Shown here: positions 8,907-19,377 of the stretch, piece by piece
Numbering within the stretch: position 1 is the stretch's first letter
How the letters are laid out: every line of letters starts with the position of its first letter
Sequence record: PX915677.1
Length of the DNA: 64,000 nucleotides
Reading direction: 5' to 3' (one strand)
Source of the DNA: a phage
Made by a program: the position numbers and the translations under genes
Notes under the pieces: model-generated
What the model was told of the DNA's origin: nothing
Database searches by the model: none
The model's input: the letters and a program-made list of their open reading frames with translations, nothing else

Positions 8907-10448
8907 ATGTCATTAGATAAACAAATTTATGAAGCTCTAACTGGTAACAATCTTAGTGTAGATGAAAAGAAAGCACTATTGAATATGTTGAAAGAGCGTG
9001 ACCAATGGAGGAAGTATAATAAGATTTTGTCTTTCAAGGCGTATGACTTCCAAAAGAAATTTTATGCAGCAGGATTGAAGCATCGCTTTAGATTCTTGTG
9101 TGCAGCGAACCGTGTTGGTAAATCTTATAGCGAGGCATACGAGTTTGCTTGTCATGTCACAGGTCGCTACCCAACTTGGTGGACAGGATATAAATTTAAA
9201 AGACCTATCTTAGCATGGGCAGTTGGTATTACAGGGGATTCCACAAGGAAAGTATTGCAAAAGGAATTGTTTGGTACACCTATCGGAAAGGATACAAACT
9301 TATTGGGGACAGGTGTCATTCCTCGTGATGCTATCGTCATTGACACGATAGAACGAGATGGTAACAAACTTCAAATCGTACAAATCAAACATCAAAACGA
9401 AAGAGGGGAGTTTGACGGTTTAAGTACATTAGAATTCCGTTCAACCCAACAGGGTGAACACACATTGATGGGTGCAACAGTTGACTACATTTGGTTAGAC
9501 GAAGAAGATCCATACGAGTCTATGGCTATATTCGCACAGTGCGTCACACGTACACTCACAACTAAAGGTCTAGTTACAATTACAGCTACACCAGAGAACG
9601 GTTTAACTGAACTGGTAGATAAATTTATGAAAGGTGAAGGGGATGAGAACACAGGTTCTCTATATTTCCAGAATGCTTCTTGGTGGGATGCTCATGCAGA
9701 CCTAGGTGGACATATCACTGACCAAGATATAAAAGATATGACTGAAGGTATTCCAGCGTGGCAGTTAGAGATGCGTTCGAAAGGTATGCCATTGTTAGGA
9801 AGTGGTTTGATTTATGATGTATCGGATGACACAATTAAATGTGAACCATTCGAAATTCCTGATACGTGGAAACGTGTCTGTGCAATTGATATTGGTATTG
9901 ATCACCCAACTGCTGCTGTTTGGACAGCTTACGACGCAAACACGGATACTATCTATGTTTACGACTCATATAAAGAAGGTGGCTTTACTCCAGTGTATCA
10001 TGCTCCAGCTATTAATGGTCGTGGTCAGTGGATTCCTGTCATCCTGCCGCACGATGCGGACAATATTGAGAAAGGTAGTGGCTCATCTGTTGCTCAATTC
10101 TATAAGAATGCAGGAGTTAACGTACAGAGTGAGACCTTCTACAACAAAATTGGAATGGATGGTAAAAAGAACTTCTTTGTAGAACCGGGAATCACAGATA
10201 TCCGAGAAAGAATGATGAGTGGACGCTTTAAAATCTTTAACACAGCCACTAATGCTAAGCTATTCGAAGAGAAAGCTAGATATCACCGTAAGGTTGGTAA
10301 GATTATTAAAGAACATGATGACTTAATGGATGCAATGCGCTATTCAGCGTGCTCTGTTACACATCGTGGTCGCTCTAAGCATGACGTTAGCTACGGAAGT
10401 GCTTCTCTGTATGAGGCAAACGTAAGCAGATGGAATCAGAGCTACTAA
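8907..10448 (+). CDS. Terminase large subunit (513 aa)
   Basis: P-loop-like NRVGKS, acidic Walker-B-like IWLDEED, C-terminal nuclease-like region (CAIDIGIDHPT); directly precedes portal. Confidence 0.8.
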   Translation: MSLDKQIYEALTGNNLSVDEKKALLNMLKERDQWRKYNKILSFKAYDFQKKFYAAGLKHRFRFLCAANRVGKSYSEAYEFACHVTGRYPTWWTGYKFKRPILAWAVGITGDSTRKVLQKELFGTPIGKDTNLLGTGVIPRDAIVIDTIERDGNKLQIVQIKHQNERGEFDGLSTLEFRSTQQGEHTLMGATVDYIWLDEEDPYESMAIFAQCVTRTLTTKGLVTITATPENGLTELVDKFMKGEGDENTGSLYFQNASWWDAHADLGGHITDQDIKDMTEGIPAWQLEMRSKGMPLLGSGLIYDVSDDTIKCEPFEIPDTWKRVCAIDIGIDHPTAAVWTAYDANTDTIYVYDSYKEGGFTPVYHAPAINGRGQWIPVILPHDADNIEKGSGSSVAQFYKNAGVNVQSETFYNKIGMDGKKNFFVEPGITDIRERMMSGRFKIFNTATNAKLFEEKARYHRKVGKIIKEHDDLMDAMRYSACSVTHRGRSKHDVSYGSASLYEANVSRWNQSY

Positions 10449-10454
10449 AGTAGG

Positions 10455-10479
10455 GGGAGGTTTGTCCTCCCTTCTTTTA
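10455..10479 (+). terminator. Hairpin with T-rich tail after terminase gene
   Basis: GGGAGG(tttgt)CCTCCC then TTCTTTTAT. Confidence 0.5.
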
Positions 10480-10508
10480 TTTAAGCTATCAACCGAGGGA
10501 GAGAATAG

Positions 10509-12752
10509 ATGGCTAAGCAAAAATATAGTGAAGAGGTGTTGGACGAGTTACGTGTTGACCTTCAACGTCGTTTTAATTACGCTCAAGGCTACGTGGACAT
10601 GGCTGTTAAGGGCTATGCTCGTGAAGCTTGGGAATATTTCTATGGTAACTTACCTGCACCAGTAACTGCTGGCAGCTCTAGTTGGGTAGATCGTACTGTT
10701 TGGGAATCTGTTAACGGTACATTGCAAGATATTATTAACGTATTCTGTTCTGGTGATGAAGCAGTTACTTTCGTAGCTGACAACCAACAGGATTCTGACG
10801 CTGCTGATGTAGCAACTAAATTAGTTAACCAAATTCTTCTGCGTGATAATCCGGGATACAATATTATCTCTTCTGCTGCACAAGAATGTCTGGTTACTCG
10901 TAACTCTTTTATCAAGTATTATTGGGATGAGCAAACTTCTACTCAAACTGAAGAGGCTGAAGGTGTACCACCGGAAGCATTGGCTGCATATGTTCAGGGA
11001 TTAGAAGCTGGTGGACTCAAGAATCTGGAAGTCTTCACTGAAGAAAATGAAGACGGTACAGTTGATGTTAAAGTTACTTACGAACAAACTGTTAAACGTG
11101 TGAAAGTTGAATATGTTCCTTCAGAGCAAATCTTTGTTGATGAACATGCTACCTCTTTTGCAGATGCACAATACTTCTGTCATCGTGTACGTCGTTCTAA
11201 AGAAGATCTGGTTGCTATGGGCTTCCCTAAAGATGAGATTGAAGCATTCAACGACTGGACAGATACGATGGATACCACTCAATCTACAGTTGCTTGGTCT
11301 CGTACTGACTGGCGTCAGGATATTGATGCTGATATTGGTACAGATACCGAAGATATCGCTTCTATGGTTTGGGTTTATGAGCACTATATTCGTACTGGTG
11401 TTCTAGATAAGAATAAAGAGTCTAAACTCTATCAGGTTATTCAAGCTGGTGAGCATATCCTTCACACTGAAGAAGTAACTCACATTCCGTTTGTAACCTT
11501 CTGCCCGTATCCGATTCCGGGTTCCTTCTATGGTCAATCGGTCTATGACATTACGAAAGATATTCAAGATTTACGTACCGCGTTAGTTCGTGGTTATATT
11601 GATAACGTCAACAATGCTAACTATGGTCGATACAAAGCTCTTGTTGGTGCATACGACCGTCGCTCTCTGCTTGATAACCGTCCCGGTGGAGTGGTTGAAA
11701 TGGAACGTCAGGACGCTATTGACCTGTTCCCATACCATAACCTACCTCAAGGTATTGATGGCCTCCTAGGCATGTCTGAGGAGCTTAAAGAGACACGTAC
11801 AGGTGTAACCAAACTAGGCATGGGTATCAACCCTGATGTGTTTAAGAATGATAACGCTTATGCAACTGTAGGCTTGATGATGAATGCTGCACAGAACCGC
11901 CTCCGTATGGTATGTCGTAACATTGCTCACAACGGTATGGTTGAATTGATGCGTGGTATTTACAACCTTATCAGAGAAAATGGTGAAGTTCCTATCGAGG
12001 TACAAACCCCTCGTGGTATGATTCAGGTAAATCCGAAACAGTTGCCAGCTCGTCATAATCTTCAAGTTGTTGTAGCTATCTCTCCTAACGAGAAAGCAGA
12101 ACGTGCACAGAAACTGATTAGCTTGAAACAGCTGATTGCAGCAGATGCACAGTTAGCACCTCTCTTTGGTTTGGAGCAAGACCGTTACATGACTGCACAG
12201 ATCTTTGAGTTGATGGGTATTAAAGATACACATAAATACCTTCTGCCTCTGGAACAGTATCAGCCTCCTGAACCTTCTCCGATGGAAATCCTCCAGCTCG
12301 AGATGACTAAAGCTCAGGTTGAGAACGTACAGGCTTCTTCTCAGAAGATGATTGCTGATGCATTCGACCAACGTGAACGTACTACATTCGAACAGCAGAA
12401 AGCTGCGGATGAATTAAGTCTGCGTCAGGAAGAGTTGCAGTTCAAGCAAGAAAATGCAGCAGATGCAATGACTCTGGAAAACCGTAAAGAAGATAACAAT
12501 GCTACTCTGGAACAAGCTAAGCACAAGTTAGCTCTTATGCAACAGCAGGTCCGTCAGTATGAATCTGTACTGAAAGAGTTGCAGATGGTTATGTCTCATC
12601 AGGTAGACCAAGAGAAGATTGTTCAGCAAGCTCGTGTTCAGGACAAAACTTTGGAACTCCAAAAGAAAGAAGCTAATGTAACTAAGAAAGAGCAACAAGC
12701 TTCTCTCAAAGATTCACGGATTCCAGGCAAACGTCTTGGAAGTAAAAAGTAA
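10509..12752 (+). CDS. Portal protein (747 aa)
   Basis: Size, position between terminase and scaffold/capsid, C-terminal coiled-coil Gln/Glu-rich tail. Confidence 0.75.
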   Translation: MAKQKYSEEVLDELRVDLQRRFNYAQGYVDMAVKGYAREAWEYFYGNLPAPVTAGSSSWVDRTVWESVNGTLQDIINVFCSGDEAVTFVADNQQDSDAADVATKLVNQILLRDNPGYNIISSAAQECLVTRNSFIKYYWDEQTSTQTEEAEGVPPEALAAYVQGLEAGGLKNLEVFTEENEDGTVDVKVTYEQTVKRVKVEYVPSEQIFVDEHATSFADAQYFCHRVRRSKEDLVAMGFPKDEIEAFNDWTDTMDTTQSTVAWSRTDWRQDIDADIGTDTEDIASMVWVYEHYIRTGVLDKNKESKLYQVIQAGEHILHTEEVTHIPFVTFCPYPIPGSFYGQSVYDITKDIQDLRTALVRGYIDNVNNANYGRYKALVGAYDRRSLLDNRPGGVVEMERQDAIDLFPYHNLPQGIDGLLGMSEELKETRTGVTKLGMGINPDVFKNDNAYATVGLMMNAAQNRLRMVCRNIAHNGMVELMRGIYNLIRENGEVPIEVQTPRGMIQVNPKQLPARHNLQVVVAISPNEKAERAQKLISLKQLIAADAQLAPLFGLEQDRYMTAQIFELMGIKDTHKYLLPLEQYQPPEPSPMEILQLEMTKAQVENVQASSQKMIADAFDQRERTTFEQQKAADELSLRQEELQFKQENAADAMTLENRKEDNNATLEQAKHKLALMQQQVRQYESVLKELQMVMSHQVDQEKIVQQARVQDKTLELQKKEANVTKKEQQASLKDSRIPGKRLGSKK

Positions 12753-12761
12753 GGACGTCGA

Positions 12762-12998
12762 ATGAACATTAGGCATCAATTCAATAAAGAGCACGCCGCC
12801 GCTTTGGCGGCTCTCAATCTTAACGGCAGTCTTGACGCAGCATTAGAGGCATTGAAAGAAAGACTCATGACAGAGATAGTTCAAACCGAACCTCATGAGA
12901 ATAAGAAACGCGAAGATTGTTATCAAAAGTATAAAATGGTGGGTAGCTTAAAAGAGGTCATAAAAGCTGCTATCAATAGTGCAGGAGATGTTTCATAA
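12762..12998 (+). CDS. Hypothetical small protein (78 aa)
   Basis: ORF track; ATGA coupling to scaffold gene. Confidence 0.5.
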   Translation: MNIRHQFNKEHAAALAALNLNGSLDAALEALKERLMTEIVQTEPHENKKREDCYQKYKMVGSLKEVIKAAINSAGDVS

Positions 12999-14074
12999 TG
13001 CCACAAGATAATTATATTGACCCGAACGATTTTAAATCTTTCCTCCAACTGGATGACCTGAAAGGTTCTTTCAAAGAAGAACTCGGTCGATTAGAATCTG
13101 AACAAGAACCAGAAGTGGACATTGACGATGAGTTCCCGGAAAAAGACGGTGACGATTTCGACTTTGATACCGACCTTCTCGGTGAAAGCGATGAGCTTAA
13201 GTTCGAAGATGAAGATGGTTGGGAAGATCGTGAAGAGGAAGGCGAAGTCGAAGAAGATGAAGATGAATCCTCTGAAGCAGAAGAACAAGAGGAAGAAGAT
13301 TCAAGCGATGCAGAGTATGAAGATGATTCTGCTGACGGTGAAGGTGAAGTCTTTGATGTAGACTACGAAACCGTTATCACCCTTCCTGATGGACGTGAGA
13401 TGACTATTGAAGAACTTTCTAATGGCTATCTTACTGGTGCTGATATGACAGAACGAGAATCAACTCTTCAGCGTCATATGGAAGCATTCGAGGAACGTGT
13501 AGTAGGTTTGAAGGATGTATTAGAACTAGCGTCTTTAGAAGCAGACCGAGTAATTGAAGATTATAACGGTTTTGATTGGGACAAGCTTGCAGTAGAAGAT
13601 CCTCAAGCATATGTTGAAAACAAACGTTTCCTAGAGAAGTACACAGCTCGCCGTCAACAGCTTGAACAGGCTCAGGTCCGTATTAAGCAGGAAGCAGCAG
13701 CTAAAGAGCAGGAAGCTTTCCAAGCCAAGAGTATTGAATGTGTTAATATTCTGAAACGTGAGATTCCAAATTGGGATGAAAACTTATATCAAAACTTAAT
13801 GCAATACGCAATTGACTTAGGTGCTACTGAAGAAGAAGTATTGAAGGAAAACCGTCCGTCTATTTTCCTAGCTCTCCATAAAGCATACCAATTTGATAAA
13901 GGTAAGCAACAGGTGATGGCTAAGATTAAACGTCCCGGTGCTCCACGCAAGGTTGTGAAGTCTGATGCTGCAAAGTCTCGCACTTCCAATAAGCCCGACA
14001 ACGCTAAGGTTGCCAAGGCATTCGCAGAGGGTCGCGTTAGTCACGAAGACGCATTCAAATTCCTCGTAGATTAA
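12998..14074 (+). CDS. Scaffolding protein (358 aa)
   Basis: Very acidic N-terminal region, helical coiled-coil character, located immediately upstream of major capsid gene. Confidence 0.6.
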   Translation: MPQDNYIDPNDFKSFLQLDDLKGSFKEELGRLESEQEPEVDIDDEFPEKDGDDFDFDTDLLGESDELKFEDEDGWEDREEEGEVEEDEDESSEAEEQEEEDSSDAEYEDDSADGEGEVFDVDYETVITLPDGREMTIEELSNGYLTGADMTERESTLQRHMEAFEERVVGLKDVLELASLEADRVIEDYNGFDWDKLAVEDPQAYVENKRFLEKYTARRQQLEQAQVRIKQEAAAKEQEAFQAKSIECVNILKREIPNWDENLYQNLMQYAIDLGATEEEVLKENRPSIFLALHKAYQFDKGKQQVMAKIKRPGAPRKVVKSDAAKSRTSNKPDNAKVAKAFAEGRVSHEDAFKFLVD

Positions 14075-14115
14075 TCGACAAATTAAATTATTAATAGTAT
14101 AGGAGCTAACATAAC

Positions 14116-15174
14116 ATGGCTAATCCAACTTTATTTGTATCGTATGACCAGAATGGTAAAAAACTTTCTTTTGCTAACTGGATTTCTGTTCTGTCCCCTC
14201 AGGATACCCCGTTCGTATCTATGACCGGTAAAGAGTCTATCAACCAGACTATCTTTAGCTGGCAGACCGATGCACTGGCAAGCGTTGACGGTAATAACGC
14301 ACACGTCGAAGGCTCTCGTGCTGAAGACGGCGAAATGAAACCGACTGTTATCAAATCTAACGTTACTCAGATTCTGCGTAAGGTTGTTCGTGTTTCTGAT
14401 ACTGCTAACACCACCGCTAACTACGGTCGTGGTCGTGAACTGATGTATCAGCTGGAGAAGAAAGGTAAAGAGATCAAGCGTGACCTCGAGAAAATCCTTC
14501 TGTCCGGTCAGGCTCGTACCGACGTTCTGGCTGACCAGTACCTGACTAACTCTGCAACTGATCCTGCTGTTGTTGGTCTGAATGACACCCATGCAGCTCG
14601 TAAGACTGGTGCATTCCAGTTCCTGTGTGCTCACGGTGGTCTGGCTGGTGGCGTTGTTGACAAGACCAAGAATGGTCCTGCTGACCCGGATACTGGTGCA
14701 GTAACTGTTAAAGTTGCACAGAATGCTTCTAACCCGACCACTAACATTGGTTTTGATGAAGCTGATATCTTTGATATGACCCTGCAACTGTATACCGCTG
14801 GTTCTGAAGCAGATATCATCATGATTAACCCAGCTCATGCTAAGATCTTCGCTGGTCTGCAAGAAAATACTCAGGGTTCACGTAAGCGTATCTTTGAGAA
14901 CACCAAGCAGTTCATCTACGAAGTTAACAGCATCACTGACCCGCTGGGCCAGAGCTACAAAATCATCGTTAACCGTTGGATGCCTACCGATGCAGTTTAC
15001 TTCTTCCGTAGCGCTGACTGGACTCAGATGGTTCTGCGTGCTCCGAAACGTACTGAACTGGCTAAAGACGGTTCTTACGAGAAGTGGATGATTGAAATGG
15101 AAGTTGGTCTGCGTCACCGCAACCCGTATGCTTCCGGCGTTCTGTTCACTGCTGCGGGAAAGGTGGCGGCGTAA
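14116..15174 (+). CDS. Major capsid protein (352 aa), short isoform
   Basis: Position after portal and scaffold; strong RBS; followed by frameshift site and Ig-like domain ORF. Confidence 0.75.
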   Translation: MANPTLFVSYDQNGKKLSFANWISVLSPQDTPFVSMTGKESINQTIFSWQTDALASVDGNNAHVEGSRAEDGEMKPTVIKSNVTQILRKVVRVSDTANTTANYGRGRELMYQLEKKGKEIKRDLEKILLSGQARTDVLADQYLTNSATDPAVVGLNDTHAARKTGAFQFLCAHGGLAGGVVDKTKNGPADPDTGAVTVKVAQNASNPTTNIGFDEADIFDMTLQLYTAGSEADIIMINPAHAKIFAGLQENTQGSRKRIFENTKQFIYEVNSITDPLGQSYKIIVNRWMPTDAVYFFRSADWTQMVLRAPKRTELAKDGSYEKWMIEMEVGLRHRNPYASGVLFTAAGKVAA

Positions 15175-15698
15175 CAGTAGACAGTGTGACTGTTAGCCCT
15201 GCGTCTTTAGCAAGTCTAGAGACAGGGGCTACTCGGCAGTTCACTGCAAGCGCGGAGAAAAGTGATGGTTCTACCGAAACAACTGGCTTTACTTGGTCAG
15301 TGACAGGAGGTGGTTCTATCACTCAGTCGGGTTTGTATACTGCTCCGAGTGCGTCTCAATCCACTGATGTATCCATTACTGCAACTTTAGAAGGTGTTTC
15401 TGGTACAGCAACCATTTCTGAAATTGTTGCTCCTGCTCCTACTATTGTGAGTCGTGGGCCAATTACAGGTAAAGTAGGTGGTACTACCACTAACTTCAAC
15501 ACCATGTTTACTGTAACTAATTCTATTGCTGATGATTACACACTTGTTGTAACTCCCGCAGAAGCTGGTACAATAAGCGCTAATAATTCGTTAAAATTAG
15601 ATGCTGCTGCAAGTGGCGAAGTTACTGTTCAAGCTAGTTTGACAGCTGACCCGTCCATCAATGCAACATGCACTTTTACTGGTGTAACACCTGCTTAA
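14116..15698 (+). CDS. Major capsid protein long isoform: predicted -1 frameshift at G GGA AAG (15156-15162) fusing an Ig-like (Big_2-type) domain
   Basis: Slippery heptamer in capsid frame 4 codons before stop; -1 frame open 15096-15698 with no ATG; junction ...TAAGK/GGGVTVDSVTVSPASLASLETGATRQFTA. Confidence 0.55.
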
Positions 15699-15705
15699 AA
15701 TTAGA

Positions 15706-15729
15706 CCCTGCCTTCGGGCGGGGTTTTTT
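15706..15729 (+). terminator. Intrinsic terminator
   Basis: CCCTGCC(ttcg)GGCGGGG then TTTTTT. Confidence 0.7.
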
Positions 15730-15757
15730 CGTTTTAAGACCTATACAAGCTAGTGTG

Positions 15758-15766
15758 TAATGTATA
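15758..15766 (+). promoter_or_regulatory. TAATGTATA promoter motif (phage sigma factor-type, by recollection of phiEco32 literature)
   Basis: Exact 9-mer 34 nt upstream of start codon at 15800, just after a terminator. Confidence 0.45.
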
Positions 15767-15799
15767 TTCTTTGTCTACATATAACAAGGAGGACAACCT

Positions 15800-16312
15800 A
15801 TGGCAATGCCAGATTTCAGAGGGGCTTTTACATATAACCCAAATACAGGGCATCTTTTCTGGTCTATGAGTAACGTATTCAATAAACAGAAAGGGAAACG
15901 TGCTGGATGTATTAATAATAAAGGATATCGTGTATTAACCTTCAAGAAGAAATCATACCTAGAGCATAAGGTCATAGCTGAACTCTTTCTTCCTAAAGTA
16001 GAAGGGAAGGATTATGTCAACCATAAGAATGGAATAAAAGACGATAACAGGATTGAGAATCTAGAGTGGTGTACTCAACAAGAAAACTGTACACATGCTT
16101 TTGAAACAGGCCTCTCAACACCTAGGAGTCTTGAGGATAACCCTAATTCCAAACTCACTAAAGAGCAAGTTCTCTTTTGTTTGGAGAACTACAAACCGAG
16201 AGATAGAGAGTTTGGAGCTAGAGCCTTAGCTAGAAAGTTTGGGGTCTCTAAAAGCACAATATCTCTCATTACTAAAGGCGTAAACTGGAAGGAGGTTTAT
16301 TATGATGCCTGA
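15800..16312 (+). CDS. HNH homing endonuclease (170 aa)
   Basis: HNH motif region VNHKNGIKDDNRIENLEWCTQQENCTH; inserted between capsid and downstream virion genes. Confidence 0.7.
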   Translation: MAMPDFRGAFTYNPNTGHLFWSMSNVFNKQKGKRAGCINNKGYRVLTFKKKSYLEHKVIAELFLPKVEGKDYVNHKNGIKDDNRIENLEWCTQQENCTHAFETGLSTPRSLEDNPNSKLTKEQVLFCLENYKPRDREFGARALARKFGVSKSTISLITKGVNWKEVYYDA

Positions 16313-17051
16313 CGTCCAATACCCCATCAATACCTATGGGTGGCTAAAGAAGGCCGTGGCCCTCTGGGCAGATAGGGACGATGACGAATTTGTTAATCAA
16401 ATTCCAAACTTTATTAACTTTGCAGAGAAAGAGATTTATCGTAACTTACGAATCCCTCCTCTGGAAAAAGAAGTGTATTTAGATATCAAAGATGGAGTAG
16501 CTTATATTCCTCCTGATTACTTAGAAGCTCAATGGATGATGAGAGCCAAAGATGGTACAATCTTCCAAGTAACCTCTCCTGAGGAGATTAGCTATCGTAG
16601 ACAGCATGGAACAATTAATCCATCTCACTGGAATAACCAACCTGTTAACTTTGCTCGTTTCGGGAGTCGTTTCATTTTCTACCCTAGTATTGAAGCAGAT
16701 ACTCCTGTTTATCCTGATGATGGAAGCCCTTTAATTCCAGCAGAAAACTCAGTGATTCTTAGCTATTATGCAGACCCACCGGAATTCCACGAAGATACAG
16801 ATACCAGTGCTATTCTTACTATCGCACCAGAACTTCTTCTGTACTTCACCCTACGTCATGCTTGTCTCTTTGTTCAAGATGATAACGGTGTTCAGAAATG
16901 GTCAGCATTAGGAAAAGCTATCCTTGATGAAATGGTAGAGCAGAATAAGAAACAAGAGTACTCAGGTTCACCTATCGCAATTCCGAATAACATGACTCGG
17001 CTTCAGAGCAGCTTGCCTGATATTTATGGTATTCGTACTTCTCGTGTATAA
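16302..17051 (+). CDS. Hypothetical virion protein (249 aa)
   Basis: ORF track; GGAGG RBS; structural module context. Confidence 0.55.
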   Translation: MMPDVQYPINTYGWLKKAVALWADRDDDEFVNQIPNFINFAEKEIYRNLRIPPLEKEVYLDIKDGVAYIPPDYLEAQWMMRAKDGTIFQVTSPEEISYRRQHGTINPSHWNNQPVNFARFGSRFIFYPSIEADTPVYPDDGSPLIPAENSVILSYYADPPEFHEDTDTSAILTIAPELLLYFTLRHACLFVQDDNGVQKWSALGKAILDEMVEQNKKQEYSGSPIAIPNNMTRLQSSLPDIYGIRTSRV

Positions 17052-17060
17052 GGAGATAAT

Positions 17061-19337
17061 ATGATCGTTTATAATAACCAAGCACCTGATGCAGTGAATA
17101 ACGTTGGGCAGTTTGGTGCTACTGAAGGCTCTATCGGAGCTTACAAGCAAGCAGCAGAATATGCAGCTGACTCCAAATATTGGGCACTGCTAGCAGAATC
17201 TAAGTTTGGTACAATTGATGATTTAACCGCTGAAGTAGAACGTCTATATCAACAGGGTGTTCTGATGAAGCAGGATATTGAAGATCTTAAGCAGGATTTT
17301 AAGGATCAAGATGCTCGTTTGATGACTCTGATTGCCCAAACCAACGCAGCAGTATCGGATGCTAATAATGCCGTTGCTCTCATTAACCAAAAACTTATTG
17401 AAGTCCAGAATCAGCTTGATGTTCTGTTAGGAATGTCTGTTGATGTAACAACTCTCCCTCCGGGAACTCCGGCTACTGGCTCTTTTAATCCTAACACTGG
17501 TGTAATCTCTTTAGGTATTCCAGAAGGTGATCCCGGAAAAGATGGTTCTGTTAAGGATTTGGATACAGCACCTACAGGTGTTCCAGAGCTAGGTGATTTA
17601 GGTTTCTATGTTGACAAAGATGACAATACCGTCCACAAAACTACTCTAGATAACATTGCTAACTTAATCCCATCTGTCCGTTCTGTCTCTATTAACGGCG
17701 GTCCAGCTCTTGATGGAGAGGTTGCTCTAACGCTTAACAAAGAGACGGTAGGTTTAGGAAATGTTCTGAACGTTGCTCAGTACAGTCGTCAAGAGATTAA
17801 TGACAAGTTTGATAAAACCACCAAGACATATCAATCTAAAGCAGAAGCTGATGCTGACGCTCAATATCGTCAAGTTGGAGAGAAAGTCTTAGTTTGGGAA
17901 GCTACTAAGTATGAGTTCTACACTGTTGCTGCTAACAAAACATTAACTCCTGTTAAAACTGAAGGTAGAATTCTTACTGTTAATTCCCGTTCTCCAGACT
18001 CCAGTGGTAATATTGACATTACCATTCCAACAGGAAACCCTTCTCTATATCTTGGTGAGATGGTAATGTTCCCTTATGACCCAACAAAGAATATCTCCTA
18101 TCCGGGCGTTCTTCCAGCCGATGGTCGTCTAGTGTCTAAAGAGTCTGCTTCAGATTTAGGCCCATCCCTTGTCAGTGGACAACTTCCTGTTGTTTCTGAA
18201 ACTGAATGGCAAGCAGGGGCTAAACAATACTTCTCTTGGGGTAAATTGGCAGATGGTATTACCGATGCAGATTCTACTAATTTTATCAACATTCGACTTC
18301 CTGATTGGACTGGAGGGGAGGCAATAAGAGCACCAGATTCTGATAAAGACTCTCAGTACAATGGGTCTGTACAGGCTCAGAAACCTTATGTTGTTACTGT
18401 AAATAACCAAGCTCCTGATGAGATTACTGGTAATGTGAACATCTCCAGATCAATTTTAGGTGCTGCCGCTTCTGGTACAAACTCTGATATAACATCCCTC
18501 ACGGGACTCACTACAGCACTGTCTGTCACACAAGGAGGCACTGGAGCTAAAAATGCTGCTAGTGCTCGTTCTAATCTAGGGTTGGGAAGTGTTTCTACTC
18601 TGGATAATGTACCTATTGCTAATGGTGGGACAGGGGCTGGAGATGCTGCTGGTGCAAGGTTCAATATTGGAGCGCTAAGTAACACCCCAGCAAATTCAGG
18701 CGTAGGTGGTACTGGGGATCGTGTCCAACATGCCTCCGGGAACGGCCTGTTTACTTTAGACTTGTTTAACTGCTACTGGTATATGCAGCCAGAGGATACT
18801 AACTTCTGGATTGCCCACGGTGTGTCATATGCAGGGTCTGGTGGCGAAGCCTCACAATACGGTCGCATATCTTACGCAATAAAGATTGCAGACGGAACAA
18901 TAAAATATGTCCATTGTCTTACAAACAAAAACACCACTGTTGATGTAAACGGATTTATCAAAGCGGCATCTCCGGTAGTTCATATTTACTCCGACGGTCG
19001 ATATGAGACGAACGAGGAATCTGAGGGGGTTAATGTCATTCGGCAAGGTGTTGGTGAGTACTTGATTACCGGTTGCCTTGGCTTAAACGCAGATGCAAAA
19101 TGGGGAGGCATTGACGGCGGCTTTGAAATCCCTACTGACCGCAACAAACAACCTAGGGTTTGGCTGGACTATGAGATTAAAGAAGATGGTTCTATTTTAG
19201 TTAAAACCTATCACAGAACCCATCCAACCTCTCCGGTTTTTGCTAGAAATGAGATAGAAGGTTTTTCTGACGGTGATCCTATTGATATCCCGAGTGATGC
19301 TTTTATTTCAGTTCGTGTTGAAATGCCTTCTGAGTAA
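17061..19337 (+). CDS. Tail fibre protein (758 aa) with phage tail-fibre repeats
   Basis: Repeated GGTGA...ARSNLGL-type motifs (TQGGTGAKNAASARSNLGLGS, ANGGTGAGDAAGARFNIGA). Confidence 0.7.
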   Translation: MIVYNNQAPDAVNNVGQFGATEGSIGAYKQAAEYAADSKYWALLAESKFGTIDDLTAEVERLYQQGVLMKQDIEDLKQDFKDQDARLMTLIAQTNAAVSDANNAVALINQKLIEVQNQLDVLLGMSVDVTTLPPGTPATGSFNPNTGVISLGIPEGDPGKDGSVKDLDTAPTGVPELGDLGFYVDKDDNTVHKTTLDNIANLIPSVRSVSINGGPALDGEVALTLNKETVGLGNVLNVAQYSRQEINDKFDKTTKTYQSKAEADADAQYRQVGEKVLVWEATKYEFYTVAANKTLTPVKTEGRILTVNSRSPDSSGNIDITIPTGNPSLYLGEMVMFPYDPTKNISYPGVLPADGRLVSKESASDLGPSLVSGQLPVVSETEWQAGAKQYFSWGKLADGITDADSTNFINIRLPDWTGGEAIRAPDSDKDSQYNGSVQAQKPYVVTVNNQAPDEITGNVNISRSILGAAASGTNSDITSLTGLTTALSVTQGGTGAKNAASARSNLGLGSVSTLDNVPIANGGTGAGDAAGARFNIGALSNTPANSGVGGTGDRVQHASGNGLFTLDLFNCYWYMQPEDTNFWIAHGVSYAGSGGEASQYGRISYAIKIADGTIKYVHCLTNKNTTVDVNGFIKAASPVVHIYSDGRYETNEESEGVNVIRQGVGEYLITGCLGLNADAKWGGIDGGFEIPTDRNKQPRVWLDYEIKEDGSILVKTYHRTHPTSPVFARNEIEGFSDGDPIDIPSDAFISVRVEMPSE

Positions 19338-19346
19338 TTTAACAAT

Positions 19347-19365
19347 GCTCCCTTCGGGGGGCTTT
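19347..19365 (+). terminator. Hairpin with TTCG loop (weak T-tract)
   Basis: GCTCCC(ttcg)GGGGGC then TTTAA. Confidence 0.35.
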
Positions 19366-19377
19366 AAGGAGATTTAA

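Noticed and set aside
14131-14862. 243-aa minus-strand ORF antisense to the capsid gene
   Set aside because: Entirely inside a well-supported plus-strand gene; no RBS; Ser/Thr/Val-rich translation typical of antisense frames.
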